Shown in pieces: positions 49,915-63,841 of a stretch of 64,000 nt of DNA (the first letter of the stretch is position 1; each line of letters starts with the position of its first letter). The notes beneath the pieces are model-generated. The model was not told the DNA's origin. It saw only the letters and a program-made list of their open reading frames with translations, and made no database searches. The stretch spans positions 8,310,001 through 8,374,000 of the forward strand of contig NC_087438.1 in the NCBI RefSeq assembly GCF_036321535.1. The letters run 5' to 3'. Made by a program: the position numbers and the translations under genes. This DNA is from Camelus dromedarius (Eukaryota).

Positions 49915-50150
49915 AAATAGTCATTGAGCACTTTTTATACATTAGTTTAAGAGCTAAGCATTTTACAAGTATCACTTAGCTCGATCTTCATAACACTAAA
50001 GTAGTAATATTAGAATCTGAAAGTAAATGTTGAGGCAGTGAAACTGGAGGGCTTAAGGAAGCCACCCATCGTCACACAATGTGAGACACAACGTGGAGTG
50101 GGATCCTTGGCTCTCCAGGTCCAAAGCCCACGATCTAGATCAATATGCCT
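49915..50150 (-). mobile_element. MIR SINE
   Basis: 'cattgagcacttttt...gagctaagcattttacaagtatca...gatcttcataacac...gaaactggagggc...tccaaagccc'. Confidence 0.6.
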
Positions 50151-51418
50151 TACTGATTCTCAAAGAAGTCTAGGTGTGACATGACCCCTAAAAATATTAT
50201 AACTTTATGCTACACTAATAGACAGACTAAGAAGAGTGATTGTTCTTCACTACTTTTTGTTCATTATAGAATTATGGTTATCCAAGTTACAGTGTCTCTG
50301 TGATGGTAAAGTATCTAAAAAAAAATGGTTACAACTTTAGAGAAAACTTGGAAGGACATGACCGCCATCTTGAAAGAGCTGGAGCTCTGGCCTTTGCAAT
50401 GGGACTTTTTAGTTTCAGTACGACTCCAGAAGGTGGGACACGAACCAATAGGAAAAACTACTTAGCAATCACAAGTGCCCCAAAACAGAACAGCCTGATT
50501 TGTGAAATAGGAAACTCCTCTACCTCTAAATAGGAAAATACTATCCAAAGGAAGAGTATTCCTTTGGAAGGTAGATGGTGCAGGTTCAGAGGGCTGCACC
50601 TGCCCAGCAGATCTGACCACGTGACCCCAGAGTCCCCCGCCACACTAAGTGTCTGTCATTCTATGTGCATCGATGACTCAGTTAGCAGAACAAATGGAAA
50701 TGTGAAAGCTAGGATTCAAACACTAGTTTCCATGGCAGTATTTTTGAAAAATGCCTATCAAGCATTTCTTTGAATTACTGAACAGCAGCTATACTCTCAT
50801 TGCCTAACCTAGAAAAGTTAGAAAGAAAGAAAAAAAAAAAAACCCTAAACACAAGTCAATAAGCCTGAAGTCAAAAAAGATAGAGAAGATGGGACAGATC
50901 TCTCTGGTGCACAGTGGGACAGCTGTTCTCCACGGGTGGTACAAGAACTCCCGGCATGTCTTTAAAATTCTCCAGGCTGCTCAGCTCCCTCAGAGTGATA
51001 ATGGTATCTGTGTGGAAGTAACAGAAGTATTTCCACCTCTAAAACAGAACAGTTTGAATTTATCAAAAAGCAAAAAACAAACCCCAAAAAACAAGTAGCC
51101 TTTAAAGGAGATCATGACAAGAACTGAGTAGTAGCACTGGCTGGTTTTGCTCGTTCACAGTGTTATCTATTTTATGTTTTATTTGAAGGCACAAGCTGTT
51201 TACACCTGAACACCTGTTTAATTTATTTTTTTAATGTAGAGTCAGTCCCCAAATCAAACAGGCTATGATATGTCATACTATCATTTAACTGTTTAAAAAG
51301 AGACTAAATTAATTGAAAGTTAAAATATTTTAGTTTTTATAGAAGAAAATGTAGAATGTACCTGCATATTTTCCCCTCCGTTAAACTCTTATTGTTGGTC
51401 TATGAAAGGTCACTCTTT

Positions 51419-51451
<33 letters not shown>

Positions 51452-51464
51452 CTGTGTGTGTGTG
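51419..51464. repeat. (TG)n microsatellite
   Basis: Seen directly. Confidence 0.9.
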
Positions 51465-51559
51465 CTTTAGTCATCCTCCTCTTCATCTTCTCTGCTTGAT
51501 TCAACCCCCCTTCCCTCACAGTGACTCACCCAAGTGTAATTAACCTACGTTCTTCTAAT

Positions 51560-52640
51560 TCATTCTCCATATGGTTATCTACTTCTATGTGTATCTTTGA
51601 AAAAGATATATTATGTCTTTTAATTCTGTTTCCTTTTTTTTACCTAACATTACGCTTCTACGTCCAAAGAGACTTAACTCATTTCTTGGGGTCCATGCAG
51701 AGCTCTCCATGCAGTGCTTTCCCGTTCCCTGAGGCACCTCTCTTGCTCTTTGCTATCCAGCGATGCTGTGACGCCGGCTATGCGTGGCTCCTTGTGCGCT
51801 AGGATAGTGTTCCTGGTAATATCCGCCCGAGGGGACAGCAGAACACAGGGTAACACACAGAACGAATTTCATCCCATTCAGTCCCACTGGCTTCTGGAGG
51901 GGCTGAGCAGCACATCCCATCCAGGACTGCAGGTGGGATTCTGTTTTCCCTATTCTTGACAGCAGTTGATATCATCTGCGTTTTTCCAAACTGACTGGTA
52001 TAAAGAGATAATGTTTTAAAATTTTTAAATCGCATGCACAAATTACTAAGAAGAGTTTCTCGTTTCTACTTCAGCAACTTGTTCAGTTAAATGCTTTGCC
52101 CATTTTTCCACAAGGATAAGCTCCTTTTAAAAATGTATTTACATTGTTTCCCTATATATAGTAGGCATTAATTCTCTTCTAGCAAAGCTACGTGCTTTCT
52201 CTCAGTCTCTCAGATATAAGAGATTTCATACATCTCTTAAATTATTTCTCCACATTCTTCTTCACTGAATAGAAATACTAATTCTGATACAGTCGTATGA
52301 TGTCAAGTCTTTTCCCTTAAGATTTTTGCTTTTCAGAAAAAAAAAAAAAAAAAAACTTGTCCAAGAAAGCTTTTCCTATCCTGATGTCATTAAGATACTC
52401 TCCACATTTTATTCTGCACGTTACAGGATTATCTGTCACATTTAGGTCTTAAAACGTCAGAGCTTTTATACTCCCTTCCCATTGTCAGAGAAGTTTCCCT
52501 GAAGTTATATTACTTTTATCATATATCAAAATCGCATATATTAAGGGGATCCTTTCTGGACCCTTCTGCAGCAGTGATCTGTTTTTTCTCTTCCTAAACA
52601 TGCAGACATGGATTTTATTACTATGAAATTGTTCTCATTA
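51560..52640 (-). mobile_element. Ancient L1 remnant
   Basis: 'tgttcagttaaatgctttgcccattttt', 'ttatctgtcacatttaggtctt' and 'ggggatcctttctggaccct' resemble antisense L1M ORF2 and 3'UTR. Confidence 0.6.
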
Positions 52641-53684
52641 TATGGTTAAAAAAAAAAGCCTTAATATTTTAATATGTTGAAGATACTTAATTTTAAAACA
52701 TTCCATTCTCTATTTTACAACATCAAATAAAAACACTTCCGTCCTTGATAATATTCAAACTAATTAAGGGACACATTGTTAAGTTATTACAAAGACATCC
52801 ACATATTTTTATCGATAAGGACTCTGTTCACCATATTTCCTCTGAAGCATAAATGTTTATTTTTAATATAAGGGGATGTTTTATAAGGTTTGACGTTTTT
52901 TACAACTGAAATCTGATGCCAAGGCACGGTTTTCACATTTCTAAAAGAAAACGAATGGACAAGATAATGCTGAAGGTCTGTTTAAGCTCTTAAAATTTTA
53001 TGAGCCTATAAAAATCACCCAAAGAGAAATTTCAGTGAAGAAAGACAATTCCCATGTCTCTATTTCTGGACAGGTTTCCTAGAAGGTAGGCTTTTCTCAG
53101 GCATTCACCTTCATGCTTCGTCTCAAGCCGAAGATCATATGCAGACTAGCTGAGGGTATAAAACACCCTTCGCTCCAAAGTTGGTTGATGAAAAATGAAA
53201 TTGCTAAAACAACACAGAACAATGAAATTTTCTGTTAAATTAATATCAACTAACGTTACATGCTGCTAGACCGAGGACAAGCAATTTAATAAAATAAGAG
53301 CTAAAAGACTTAGGCATACCTTATCAAATCAAATATGTATTTCTAAAATGGTACTGTCTAAATATATTCTTAGGAATCAAATTTATGTAGGGACAAAAAG
53401 ATACCCTCCTGTTAGTCTAAACACAATAGAGCATTTTATTGAAATATTTCCTTCTGAGATCTCAGGAAGAAAACAGTACATGACTTTTAGTGCATATTAT
53501 TTTATATTATTTCAAAAATATTACAGGTAAAATAACTTATGATAATAGTGGTAACTTATAATTATGCCAGTTTTCCCTTCAGACAAAACTGAGTTTCTTC
53601 AGATATTTTAGAGGAAATTTATAGTAATTTTCAAAAAATATAAAAATTTTATTTAGGGGCATTAAAATAACTATTTCATTATCA

Positions 53685-54306
53685 CAATGTCAAAATGAGG
53701 CAACATTTCACATGCTCCAGAATTGGTGCAGTAAAGACAGATAATAACAAATGTTGTCTAGGATGTGGAAAAACCATAATGTTCATATACTGCTGGTGGG
53801 ATAGTAACTTTGAAAACAATTTGGCAGTTTCTTTAAAGTTAAACATAAACTCATCATACTCAGAAATTATACTCCTAAGAAGATATTCATGAAAAATGAA
53901 AACTTATGTCCATATGAAGAAATGCTCGCAAATGTTTATAGAAGCATTATTCATAACCTACCCACACTGAAAACAATACCAATGTTTGTCAACTGAGAAA
54001 TGGGTAAACAAAAGGTGGAATGTCTATACAATGGAATACTATTCAGCAAGTAAAAAGAACGAACTACTGATACATGCTAAAATATGCATGACTCTCAAAA
54101 CCATTATGAAAAATGAAAGAAGCCAGAAGCAAAAGATTACATACTTATGCTGTCATTTTAATGAAATATTTAGAAAAGGCAAAGCTATGCAGTCAGAAAG
54201 TAAGTTAATAGTTGCCTGAAGCTGAGGATGAGAATGGTGATTAACTGAAAAACAGAAATGAGGGAATATTTTAGGGTATGGAGATTTGAAAACTGGATTG
54301 TGTTAG
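53685..54306 (+). mobile_element. Ancient L1 3' portion
   Basis: 'caatggaatactattcagcaagtaaaaagaacgaactactgatacatg...aaagaagccagaagcaaaaga'. Confidence 0.85.
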
Positions 54307-54968
54307 TGTTACTAGACTCCAGCTTGGATGCTCATTGCTCAAAAGCCAATACTTGAGAGATAAGTGTTAGTAAAAAGGAAAGGTTGCTTTATTCCAGAGA
54401 ATGACAACCAGGGGAGAAGGTGGACTCATGTACAAAGGCCAACTCTCCAACGCCAGTCAGGGGGAAAGAGCTTTTAAAGGGGAGTTTCAGGGGTGTATAG
54501 GAGGAGGGAAAGGAATAGATGCAGAACAGCACAGACAGCTTTAAGAATCATCTTGAAATTAGTAATATGGTGATCTGATCAGCATCATCTTGATTGTTTT
54601 AAGTACAGTTAGGGTCATTTTTTCCCCATATCTTTGAGACCCATTCTCGGAACTGTGGCAGCTTATGTCACATCTACAGTCTGGTCATCATGTAGATAAC
54701 TTTTTCCACCTAGTGGGGGTTTCAGTATCTACAAAATAGCTCAAAGGACATGTCTCATAATATCATCTATAGCCCTGGCAGGAGAACTAAAGGTCCTTGA
54801 CTTTGTCTAATGACTAGACTACTATTATTTTGTCCTGTTTGACTGCTTTCCTTTTGCTTCTGCACCTCCTCACTTCTCTGATTAAATTTATTCTTTGACA
54901 AAAGTTTTCTTCCAGACAAAATATAGGCTGAAGATGAGGAAGGCCCCACAGGGTCCTGCTCCATTTCA
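54307..54968 (-). mobile_element. ERV1 solo LTR, MER41-like
   Basis: On the - strand it runs 'tgaaatggagcaggaccctgtgg...aataaagcaacctttcc...gtattggcttttgagc...tagtaaca'. Its U5 end is homologous to that of the 6712-7277 LTR. Confidence 0.85.
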
Positions 54969-55049
54969 GCAGGGAAGCACTTCCAAGAATAAAGGTGTGA
55001 CAAGCATCAGGGACCCTTTCCCTAATGAAACAAACATAACTGCTCATAT

Positions 55050-58000
55050 TGACTTTTAAAGAAAGCAACAACCATTTAAAGTCTCTGGAAATTATTTTAA
55101 AGGCGTACAACAAATGGAGAACTTTTTACTCAAGATAATCAACTAAATCTTGGAAAGAAGAGAGTCTGTGGCATTTGAACCATAGCGCACTCCCCTCCTT
55201 GCTGGGAAATGGGATGAGAGCTCCACTCTGAGTGGCTGGAACAAGTAGGCAGGGTTCCCTCTCTCAGCACCCCCAGGTCTAGGGCTGTAGTTTCTTCTCA
55301 AGAAGGGCAATCTCCCAGCACTACGTCTCCCCTGCAGCTCCATCTTGCAGAAGCTCTATTTCAGGCCACGTGGCTGTGAGGTCTAGAGCAGTCATCTCTC
55401 CCCCAGCCCAATTTATACAGTGGAAGCTCTGTCTCAGCTGCAGCAAGCTGACAATCCTTGGCTCTAACTGGTCTTCCCCTAGCTTGCTTATAAGGAGATG
55501 GTTCCATGCCCAGAGAGGCAAGCTGAGAAGACCAGGAACTACCATCCCAGCTCAGTACCCTGCTCACAGAGCAGGAGTGTTGCCCCCCAAAAAGTGAGCC
55601 ATGTCCTGGCCCCCACCTCCAGAGCAGTGGTGCAGATGCTCTGCACAAAGGGGGCAGCAAGGTATAAGGACAGAGAGCTCCAGTTCTCTCCCTAATGTGA
55701 CCGAATGAATTTGAAATGGAGCAGAGGGAATTTCAAGACTAAGGATTTATTGAAAACAATGAAGATCTTAGTGGCAAGCAAGTAAGAGAAGGCTAGCAGC
55801 TGCATGCATGCTAGCAATTAATGACATGGCAGAGCAGCTAGAAGTTTACCAAGAGAGAATCCAGGAAAGAGACAGCTATGAAGACAGGTCCAGGGATTGC
55901 AGTAAATCTCAAAGGTCCAGGAGATCAAAGAATGAGACAGTGAAAGAGAGCCTGGCTAAACCGAAGCCAACCATGCAGTGGGGGAGGGCATGGAGTGAGC
56001 CTGTGGATATGCCCAAGGATGGACCCTTTGGGGAACATCATCAGGTGCTGACCAGGGAAAACAGACCCCACGGAACCAGTCCAGCCAGGTTACTGAAAAA
56101 TAAATGAGCAAACAGAACAACAAGCCCAGGCATGTGTGCTGGAGAAGGGATCAGTATTTAGAATTTCTGCTATATATTATCTATACTTTCTAAAATGTCA
56201 TGGTTTCAACCAAAAAGTTAAGAGACATACAAAGAAATGGGAAAGCATGACCCATAAAAAGGACAAAAAAAAAAAAAAAAAAAAAAAACTCAGACATTAG
56301 AAAGTGCTGTTGAAGGGGCCCAGACAGTAGGCTTAGCAGACAAAGATTTCAAAGCAGTTATTATAAATATGTCCAGAGAACTAAAGAAAACCATGTTTAA
56401 AGAATAAAAGGAATGTGTGAACAATGACTAATCAAACACAGAATATCAATAGATAGAAATTATCAGAGCGAACCAAGTAGAAGTTCTGGAGTCGAAAAGT
56501 ACAGTAACTAAAATGAAAAATTCACTAGAGAGGATCCACGGTAGGTCTTAGTTGGCCACCGAAAAATGCAGTAAACTTGAAGATGGAACAATAGAAATTA
56601 TGCAGCCTGAAAATCTGAGACGAAAGGAAGAAAACTGAACAGAGCCTAAGGGAAGGTGGCACACATTATGATTCCACTATACATATAAAAGTGTAAAAGG
56701 AGTACCAGCAGGATAAGAGAGAAAGAGATAGAAGAAAAAAATCAAATAAATAATGATGGTAAACTTCTCCAATTCAGTAGGAAACATTCACCTACACATC
56801 CAGGAAGCTCGATAAGCTTCAAGTAGGATAAACACAGAGAGATTCACACCCAGACACACCATAGTTAAAATGCTGAAAAGACAGTAAGAAATCTTGAAAG
56901 CAGATAAAGAAAAATGACTCCTTATTCACAAGGGAACACAAGTAAAATGAACAGTTGATTTCTCCCCTGGAACAGTGAAGACAACAAATCGGTGGGATGA
57001 AATAGTCAAAGTACTGACAGAAAAATAAACTGTCAGCCAAGAATCTTATATTCAGCAAAACCATCTTTCTAAGGAAAGGTGAAATAAATATATTCTTAAA
57101 TAAACAAAAACCAAGGGATTTGTTGCTAGCACACCCATCTTACAGGAAGCACTAAGGAAACGTCTTCAGGCTGCAAGTATATGACACCAGACATTAACTG
57201 AAATCAGCATGAAAAAACCAAGAGCACCTTTCAAGGTAGTTTGGACTTACAAAAGACAGGGTACATGTTTATTTCTTCCCCTTTCATCTCTTACCTAATT
57301 TTAAAAGCAACTGAATAAAACAATATGTGTATATCATTGTAATATTCCTCCTGTAGCCCATATAAATACATTCAACAAAAATGCCACAAAGGAAGTAGAT
57401 GGGAGGAAAGCATGATTAGGTTAAGAAAATACACCAGACCATAAACAGAATACTCAGAAACAAATGAAATGGAAAGAACCAAAAATGGTTTAAAAAAATT
57501 CTGTAAATATATTCCTGATCTCCTTTCTCCTCTCAGTTTCTTTTAAAGACACAAAGGTATACAAAGTACAATTGTAACGATACGTATTTGGTTTTGTAAT
57601 GGAACACGGATAGAAGTAACACTATAACAATAAAAGCACAAAAAATAGGAAGAAGGAAATAAGCCATCATAGGATAACTTTTCTATAGCGCCCTGGAGTT
57701 AAGTTACTATAAATCTGATAAATTAGTTTGTATATTGAGGCCCTTAGGCAGCCATAGTCAGCCCTCCATATCCACGGATTCCACATCAGTAGATTCAACC
57801 AACCGGATTGAAAATATTTGGGGGAAAAATTCCAGAAAAGTTTTCCCAAAAGCAAAACTTATACTGGCTGTGCACTAGCAAATATTTACATGGCACTTAC
57901 ATTGTATTTACAACATTTACATTGTACTTACATTGTACAAGGCAATGTAAGTAATCTAGAGATGGCTTAAAGCGTACAGCAGAATACGCATAGGTTATAT

Positions 58001-58720
58001 GCAAGCCCCGTTTTACACAAGGGACTTGAGCATTTGTGGGTTTGATATCTTGGAACCAATTCCTTGTGGGACAACTGCACTAAGAAAACAATGAACAAAT
58101 GTAGTTAAAAAGCATTAAAAGGGTTAAAATACTACACTAGAAAATATTCACTCAATTCAAGAGAAAACAAGAAGGTGAATAGAGGAACCAAAAAAGATAT
58201 GAGACATACAGACAACAAAAAGAATGGCAGACATAAATTCAACTACTGCAAACATTGACGCATATGAATTAAATCATCCAATCAAAAGCACAGACTGTCA
58301 TACTGGACAACAAGAAAAAAATCCCACAAAAAACACAACGTCTAACTGTATGCTATCCAGAGAAGACACCCTTTAGATTCAAAGAAATAAACAGATTGAA
58401 AATAAATGGATGGGAAAAGGTATACTGTGCAAACAGGAAAAAAAAAAAATAAGAGAGGACCTGAATGGCTATTTCAATATTAGACAAAATAAACTTCAAA
58501 CAAAAAAATTTTACTAAAGATAAAGAGGGATTTTTTTTAATAATAAAAGGGTCAATCCAACCAGAAGATGTCATACATACAATGAGACTACTGAACCCCA
58601 AAATACACAAGGCAAAAACGGACAGAATTAAAGGAAGATATGGAAAAGTCTGCAGTTTTAGTTGGAGATTTAAATGTTCCATTTACAGTAATGAATAGAA
58701 AAACTTGACAGAAACATAGA
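55050..58720 (+). mobile_element. Ancient L1 5' half: 5'UTR, ORF1, inter-ORF region and ORF2 endonuclease remnants
   Basis: ORF1-like 'gacaaagatttcaaagcagttattataaatatg', 'cacacccagacacaccatagttaaaatgctgaaa' and 'ccaagaatcttatattcagcaaaacc'. Endonuclease-like peptide 'AISILDKINFKQKNFTKDKEGFFLIIKGSIQPED'. Confidence 0.85.
57755..58077 (-). mobile_element. MER2/MER2B-like Tigger MITE nested in the L1
   Basis: 'gtcagccctccatatccacggattccacatc...taagtaatctagagatgg...agggacttgagcatt...gacaactg' is the inverted homologue of 11378-11731. Confidence 0.85.
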
Positions 58721-58869
58721 TCAGTGGGATAGAATTGAAAGCCTAGAAATAAACTTGCATGTATCCGGTTAGCACTGAAATTCTTCATAGCCCCCTTTTC
58801 TGTTGGATACGGACTTTCTTAACACATTCCAGTCTGATTCCATAACTTTGTAGTTGTATTAAGTTATTA

Positions 58870-59400
58870 AAAACAATGTCCAGGGCATTGCAATATTTAA
58901 GGGAAAAATGGGAGAAAATGAGCCAGTGATTGAAATAAGAAGAATTTTAGAAAAGGGAACAAGAAAACCGGTGCTAGAAAATTCAGGATGAAAACAGTTT
59001 CCTACGTGCGCGGCCCAGAGCATCACATGCTATGAAGATGTCAATAGGTTAAGAAACCAAAAGAGGCTACTATCTTGGCAACCTGAAGCTCACGACCTTT
59101 AGGGCAATTTTAATGCCATATTGTGGGCAGAAGACTTAGCCAGTTGGTTGAAAGATCAATAGGAAATGAGGAACAAGAGGCAAAGAGCATACAGTACCCT
59201 TTCAAGGCATCTGATGGTGACAGCAAGGGAAGGACAGCTTGGAAAGAGGGGGGAAAAGGGTCAGATTTCTTCCCCATAAATCTAGGATGGAAGCAATGAT
59301 TTGGGCATGCTTTTAGGCAAAGAATATGGAGCAGTGGGACGAGTGTTATTAACAATTTGAAAAGTAATAGGTTACGAAGATTCAGAAGAACATGGACAGA
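58870..59400 (-). mobile_element. LINE-2 fragment
   Basis: 'catgctatgaagatgtcaataggttaag...ttggcaacctgaag...gacctttagggcaatttt'. Confidence 0.55.
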
Positions 59401-62373
59401 AAAGAGTGGAGGTGTGGTTAAACATTACGTTTAGAAAGAAGGCATCACCCCTGAGAAAGGGGTAATGACTGGACAGAAGGGGCGAAACTGGAGTCTTCAA
59501 GTCACCTCCTGAGCATGAGGGAAACGAAAGCGGGGAGGAAGCCTGAGGGAGGCAGGGCACGGAGGGGCAGACACGGGGCTCGCCACAAGCTTGTTTATTG
59601 AATACTGAACTAATTCCATAGGCTTTTTAAGAGTTGAGATTGGCAGGATGGATCTTTCATCATTTCTGAAGGGACGTTAGGGACATTTCTATTATTAATG
59701 TCTACAGTTCTCCAAATTGCTCCAAATTCTTTTCCAAAATCACCGCATCTCCTCAGCCACATCTCAGAACTCTAATACGCACATCTTATTTCTAACATTC
59801 ATTTTTGTTTGTTTGGTTTTATGGCTGTACTTTAGTAAATCAGCCCGTTACACTCCTCATAGGAGAGCGCGTACTTTCTCTTCTTACGTGGTAGATAGGC
59901 TATTTTTTTTAACCCCTTGTTTCCGGAGTCCTTTTCAGTCTTGCCTTGCAGACCTGCTGCCTGGGACCGGGAGCATCTCTGGGTTCTGTCAGCAGATCAG
60001 CTCCCAGCCCTCCCTAGTCCTCTACACTAACCAGCTTTTCCTGCCTGGGCTCTGAATTCCTCTTTCCTTTACTTTACATCATAAATCAAAGCTCCTCCAT
60101 TAACTTGAGGTCTTCTAGAAATGTGTTAAAATTCTTCATGTTTTAAAGCCCTTTCAGCATCAATAGTTTAATCCCAATGCATTCATGATTCTACTATCAC
60201 TTGAATGGAGTTTTAGAGGAGATGAAAGAAAAACTGAGAAAAACCTGCCCCCTAAATCAACACTACAAATGATCCATTGATATATAACCCATTTGGCCTG
60301 TATATTACGCTTCCAGTGGAAATGAAACACACACACATACGTGCACACAAACTGTTTTATAAAGTTAGCTATGGAATATTCTGTAGCTGTAACTACTGCC
60401 AGTTTCAAACCTATTTTTGCCCCAGGATCATTCTAAAGGAAATATCAGCTTTGTCTTCCCCTTCCTCCTGTTCTGGGCTGAAATATCTATTAAAGCAGGA
60501 AGTAATTTTTGTGAAGGAGTATGCCGCTTTGCCATATCCACCCAGATAGAGGTTATAGCAGAGATTTCCTGTCCTCAGTAACTATGGAAATAAAATTTTT
60601 ACCAGAAAGAGAATATAGACCTGGGGTGGGAGAAGTTGTGCAAATGACTCATATACACCAATAAGAGGCAGTTGTGATCATGCAGGCAACCTTCAGTGAG
60701 TTATTTCTACTTCCCTCCTGCTTATTTCCCACCCTCCAGTACAACCAGGCAAGCAATCTCTACCACTTGAAAAAGTGGAACTATCTTAATCAAAGAAAAT
60801 CAGGTCCAATGTTCGAGTTTGGAAGACACTTCTGAAACATGATCAACTGTGTTATCTTGGCAACCTGCTGGAGTGCAACCATTTGGAGCAGATCTATTTA
60901 TCAATACACGCAGAGAGCAAGCTTAAGACTTGCACATTGGTGCTGAACGGAGCATGAAGAAAGCACAGGGGAGACCACATAAATATTAAGCAATGACCTT
61001 CCGTTTGGAAGTTGGAGGCAATTCCTCACATGGACTTTTATGCATTTAGAATTTATTTCTCTGGGTTCCAAGGTGCAGGCAGATTGCACAAGGAATAAAT
61101 CATATCATGATCCAGAAAACCATGCGGGAAGAAAGGGCTACTGGGAGAAAAAGTAGTCACTACCTCAAATAGATGGCAATTTCAGAATAACAAGACAGCC
61201 ATTTCATTTCCGAACTGTAAAGTTTTAAAAGAAAAACAACACCTTCAAAATACAATCATGACCTTGGAAAATATACACTTATTTTCTTTTTTAAATATTT
61301 CTAAGTGCCCTCTGAATGTTTAAATAACTAATAGAGGAAAAGTGTATGTCCCCGAGTAGACTGAGTTCTTGCCAATGAACCATTCTAGTAGAACACACAA
61401 CTCAGGGGTATAGAGATATATTAAAAGACTGTCTTGCTAACAGCTCCCTTGAAAAAATGAATGCAGATGCCCAAAGCAGTTGAAAAGTTGGCTTTGGCTC
61501 AAACATAATGTGCGTCAGAAATATTTTCATCTTGAGAATATGCATATCAATACCTAGCTCTTAATTTTCCCCCAACTACCTTTCCTTCAAATTTTTGAGA
61601 CAAGTTGCTCTTATTTGAAATGCTTCTTAGTTGTATATGAAAATCTCTTAGTATAGAATTCCAGCTCTTTAGCATCAGAACGACCTACTCCAAATTGGCA
61701 CACACCAATATTCCACAGTATCCATTTCTAACTCACACGAATGTCTCAGCCCTTATTTTGAAAATTACAATAATGACCTTTATATTCTGCTAACGATATA
61801 AAAAACGATATATGTTAAAGACCAGCCCAACCATCTATTCACCAAATAATAACTGTTAATAAAATACACACGTTTTGGGGTTTTTTTTTTTCTAATTATT
61901 ATCTATGATTCATTTTCCAAACCTACTTTGGTTTCTCCTTTCTCCATTCAAAAGTTACCAAAACATATTATCCTGAAACTGGAGGAGACATTAGAGATTA
62001 TCTAATCGAAAGCCTCACCTTTTAGGTAAAGACATTGGGGCCCAGAGAAGCAACATATAGAAGGATATAGGTTAATCTGCTTAAGAAAAGTAATACCTTA
62101 TAACAAGTTTTCAGTAAAACCTAATGTAAAGAACTGGTCTCCAAAGTCTTTGATTTTAATGGAAAAAGATAATAGCCTCTCCCATTCTCTCTCTCTCTTT
62201 TTTTTTAATTAAAATGAATTAGTTCCAGACTTTTAAAAGTTTTGTTAATATATTCTGAGAACTTTAGATTAGATGAGGGGATGCTGTTTTGCCCCTCCTG
62301 GAGATTAATGGCTCACGTCCAGGCTTGGCTATGGCATATCTCTTCTCTATGGACCTATAAAGAATATGCCTCC

Positions 62374-63037
62374 CGTTCCTTAAAAAACTAGTTACCATGT
62401 GATCCAGCAATACTCCTCCCAGACACATATCCAGGAAAGATGAAAGTTCTAATTCGAAAAGATACATGTACCCCATTGTTCATAGTGGCACTATTTATTC
62501 CACCAAAATGTGGAAGCAATCTACATGTCTATCAACAGATGACTGGAGAAAGTAGCTGTGGTATATATAAATGATAGAATACTACTCAGCCATTAAAAAG
62601 AATCAAAGAATGCCACTGCAGCAACATGGATGGACCTAAAGATCATCGTATCAAGTGAAGTCAGACAGAGAAAGACAAATAACATGTGATACCACTTATA
62701 TGTGAAATCTAAAAAATAGTACAAATGAACTTATTTACAGAATAGGAAGAGACTCACAGACATAGAAAGCAAACTTATGCTTACCAAAGTGGAAAAGGGG
62801 GAGAGGTGAGGGCTAAATTACGAGTTCAGGATTAGCAAATAGAAACTACTGTATATAAAATAGATAAACAACAAAGTCCTACTGTACAGCACAGGGAACT
62901 ACAGTCAACAGCTTGTAATAAACTATAATGGAAAAGAATCAAAGAAAGAATATATATATACATATACCTGAAACTAACACAATATTGGAAGCCAACTATA
63001 CTTCAATTTAAAAAATGATAGTAAAAAAATTTTTTAA
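62374..63037 (+). mobile_element. 5'-truncated L1 3' end
   Basis: 'gttaccatgtgatccagcaat...gcagcaacatggatggacct...caactatacttcaatttaaaaaa'. Perfect 15-bp TSD aaagaatatgcctcc at 62359-62373 and 63038-63052. Confidence 0.95.
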
Positions 63038-63621
63038 AAAGAATATGCCTCCAGACTAAGTAATCCATTCCTAAAAGTTCTGCCAAGGGTTCTGTCGCTA
63101 GACAATCCAGTCCCTCAGAAAGCTAGCAACGCTTATCTTTGGTATTTTATATTATGTTTCCTAATCTTTTATTTATGCCTTAATTCTACTGTCAATTCAA
63201 AAAAAATTAGCAAGCAGCACCAGCACTAGTCTAAGGCACAACTGCTACTCCAGCAACAGACTGGATGCCTTAATTCTCATTGTTAGCTCAGCACAAGCCC
63301 TGAATTTTTCTGAATCCCATTTAATTCTCCAATTCTAGAGTGTCCCTTTGAATTACAAATATGTTCCCCGGAAAAAAGTCATTACGTGCACACCAGCTGT
63401 GTCTATAACTGAACAGAACATGGGTGCCCACTACTCTCTTTCTAGTAACCCCAATTTCGGAACAAGGCTAGCTAGATTCTTACTGCTTCATAAAAAAGCA
63501 TTCCATAATTGAGCACAGTTCAACTATCCTCCTGGTTTTGGCCAATCATTTCCATTGGAACTGAAAAGAACTAACTTGAGAACTCAAAGAGACAGGACAT
63601 CTCAGTACAAACCGTCTTCAT

Positions 63622-63841
63622 CAGTGGCTTTCCAAAGGGAGCAGTTCTGCCTCCAAGGAGTATCTGATGATGTTGAGGGATGTCTTTGATAGTTCAAACT
63701 GGGGCGAGGAGGTGCTGCCCGGTGCCACACATAGTCATCTAGGGGGAGAGGCCAGCAACGCCACTGAACATCCTGCAAAGCACAGGACAGCACACACGGC
63801 AAGGACGTCCGAAACATCAGAAGCCAGGGGTGAGAGCCCTG
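63622..63841 (+). mobile_element. MER20-like hAT MITE
   Basis: 'cagtggcttt...ttctgcctccaagg...gagaggccagcaacgccactgaacatcctgcaaagcacaggacagc...gagagccctg'. Confidence 0.8.
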
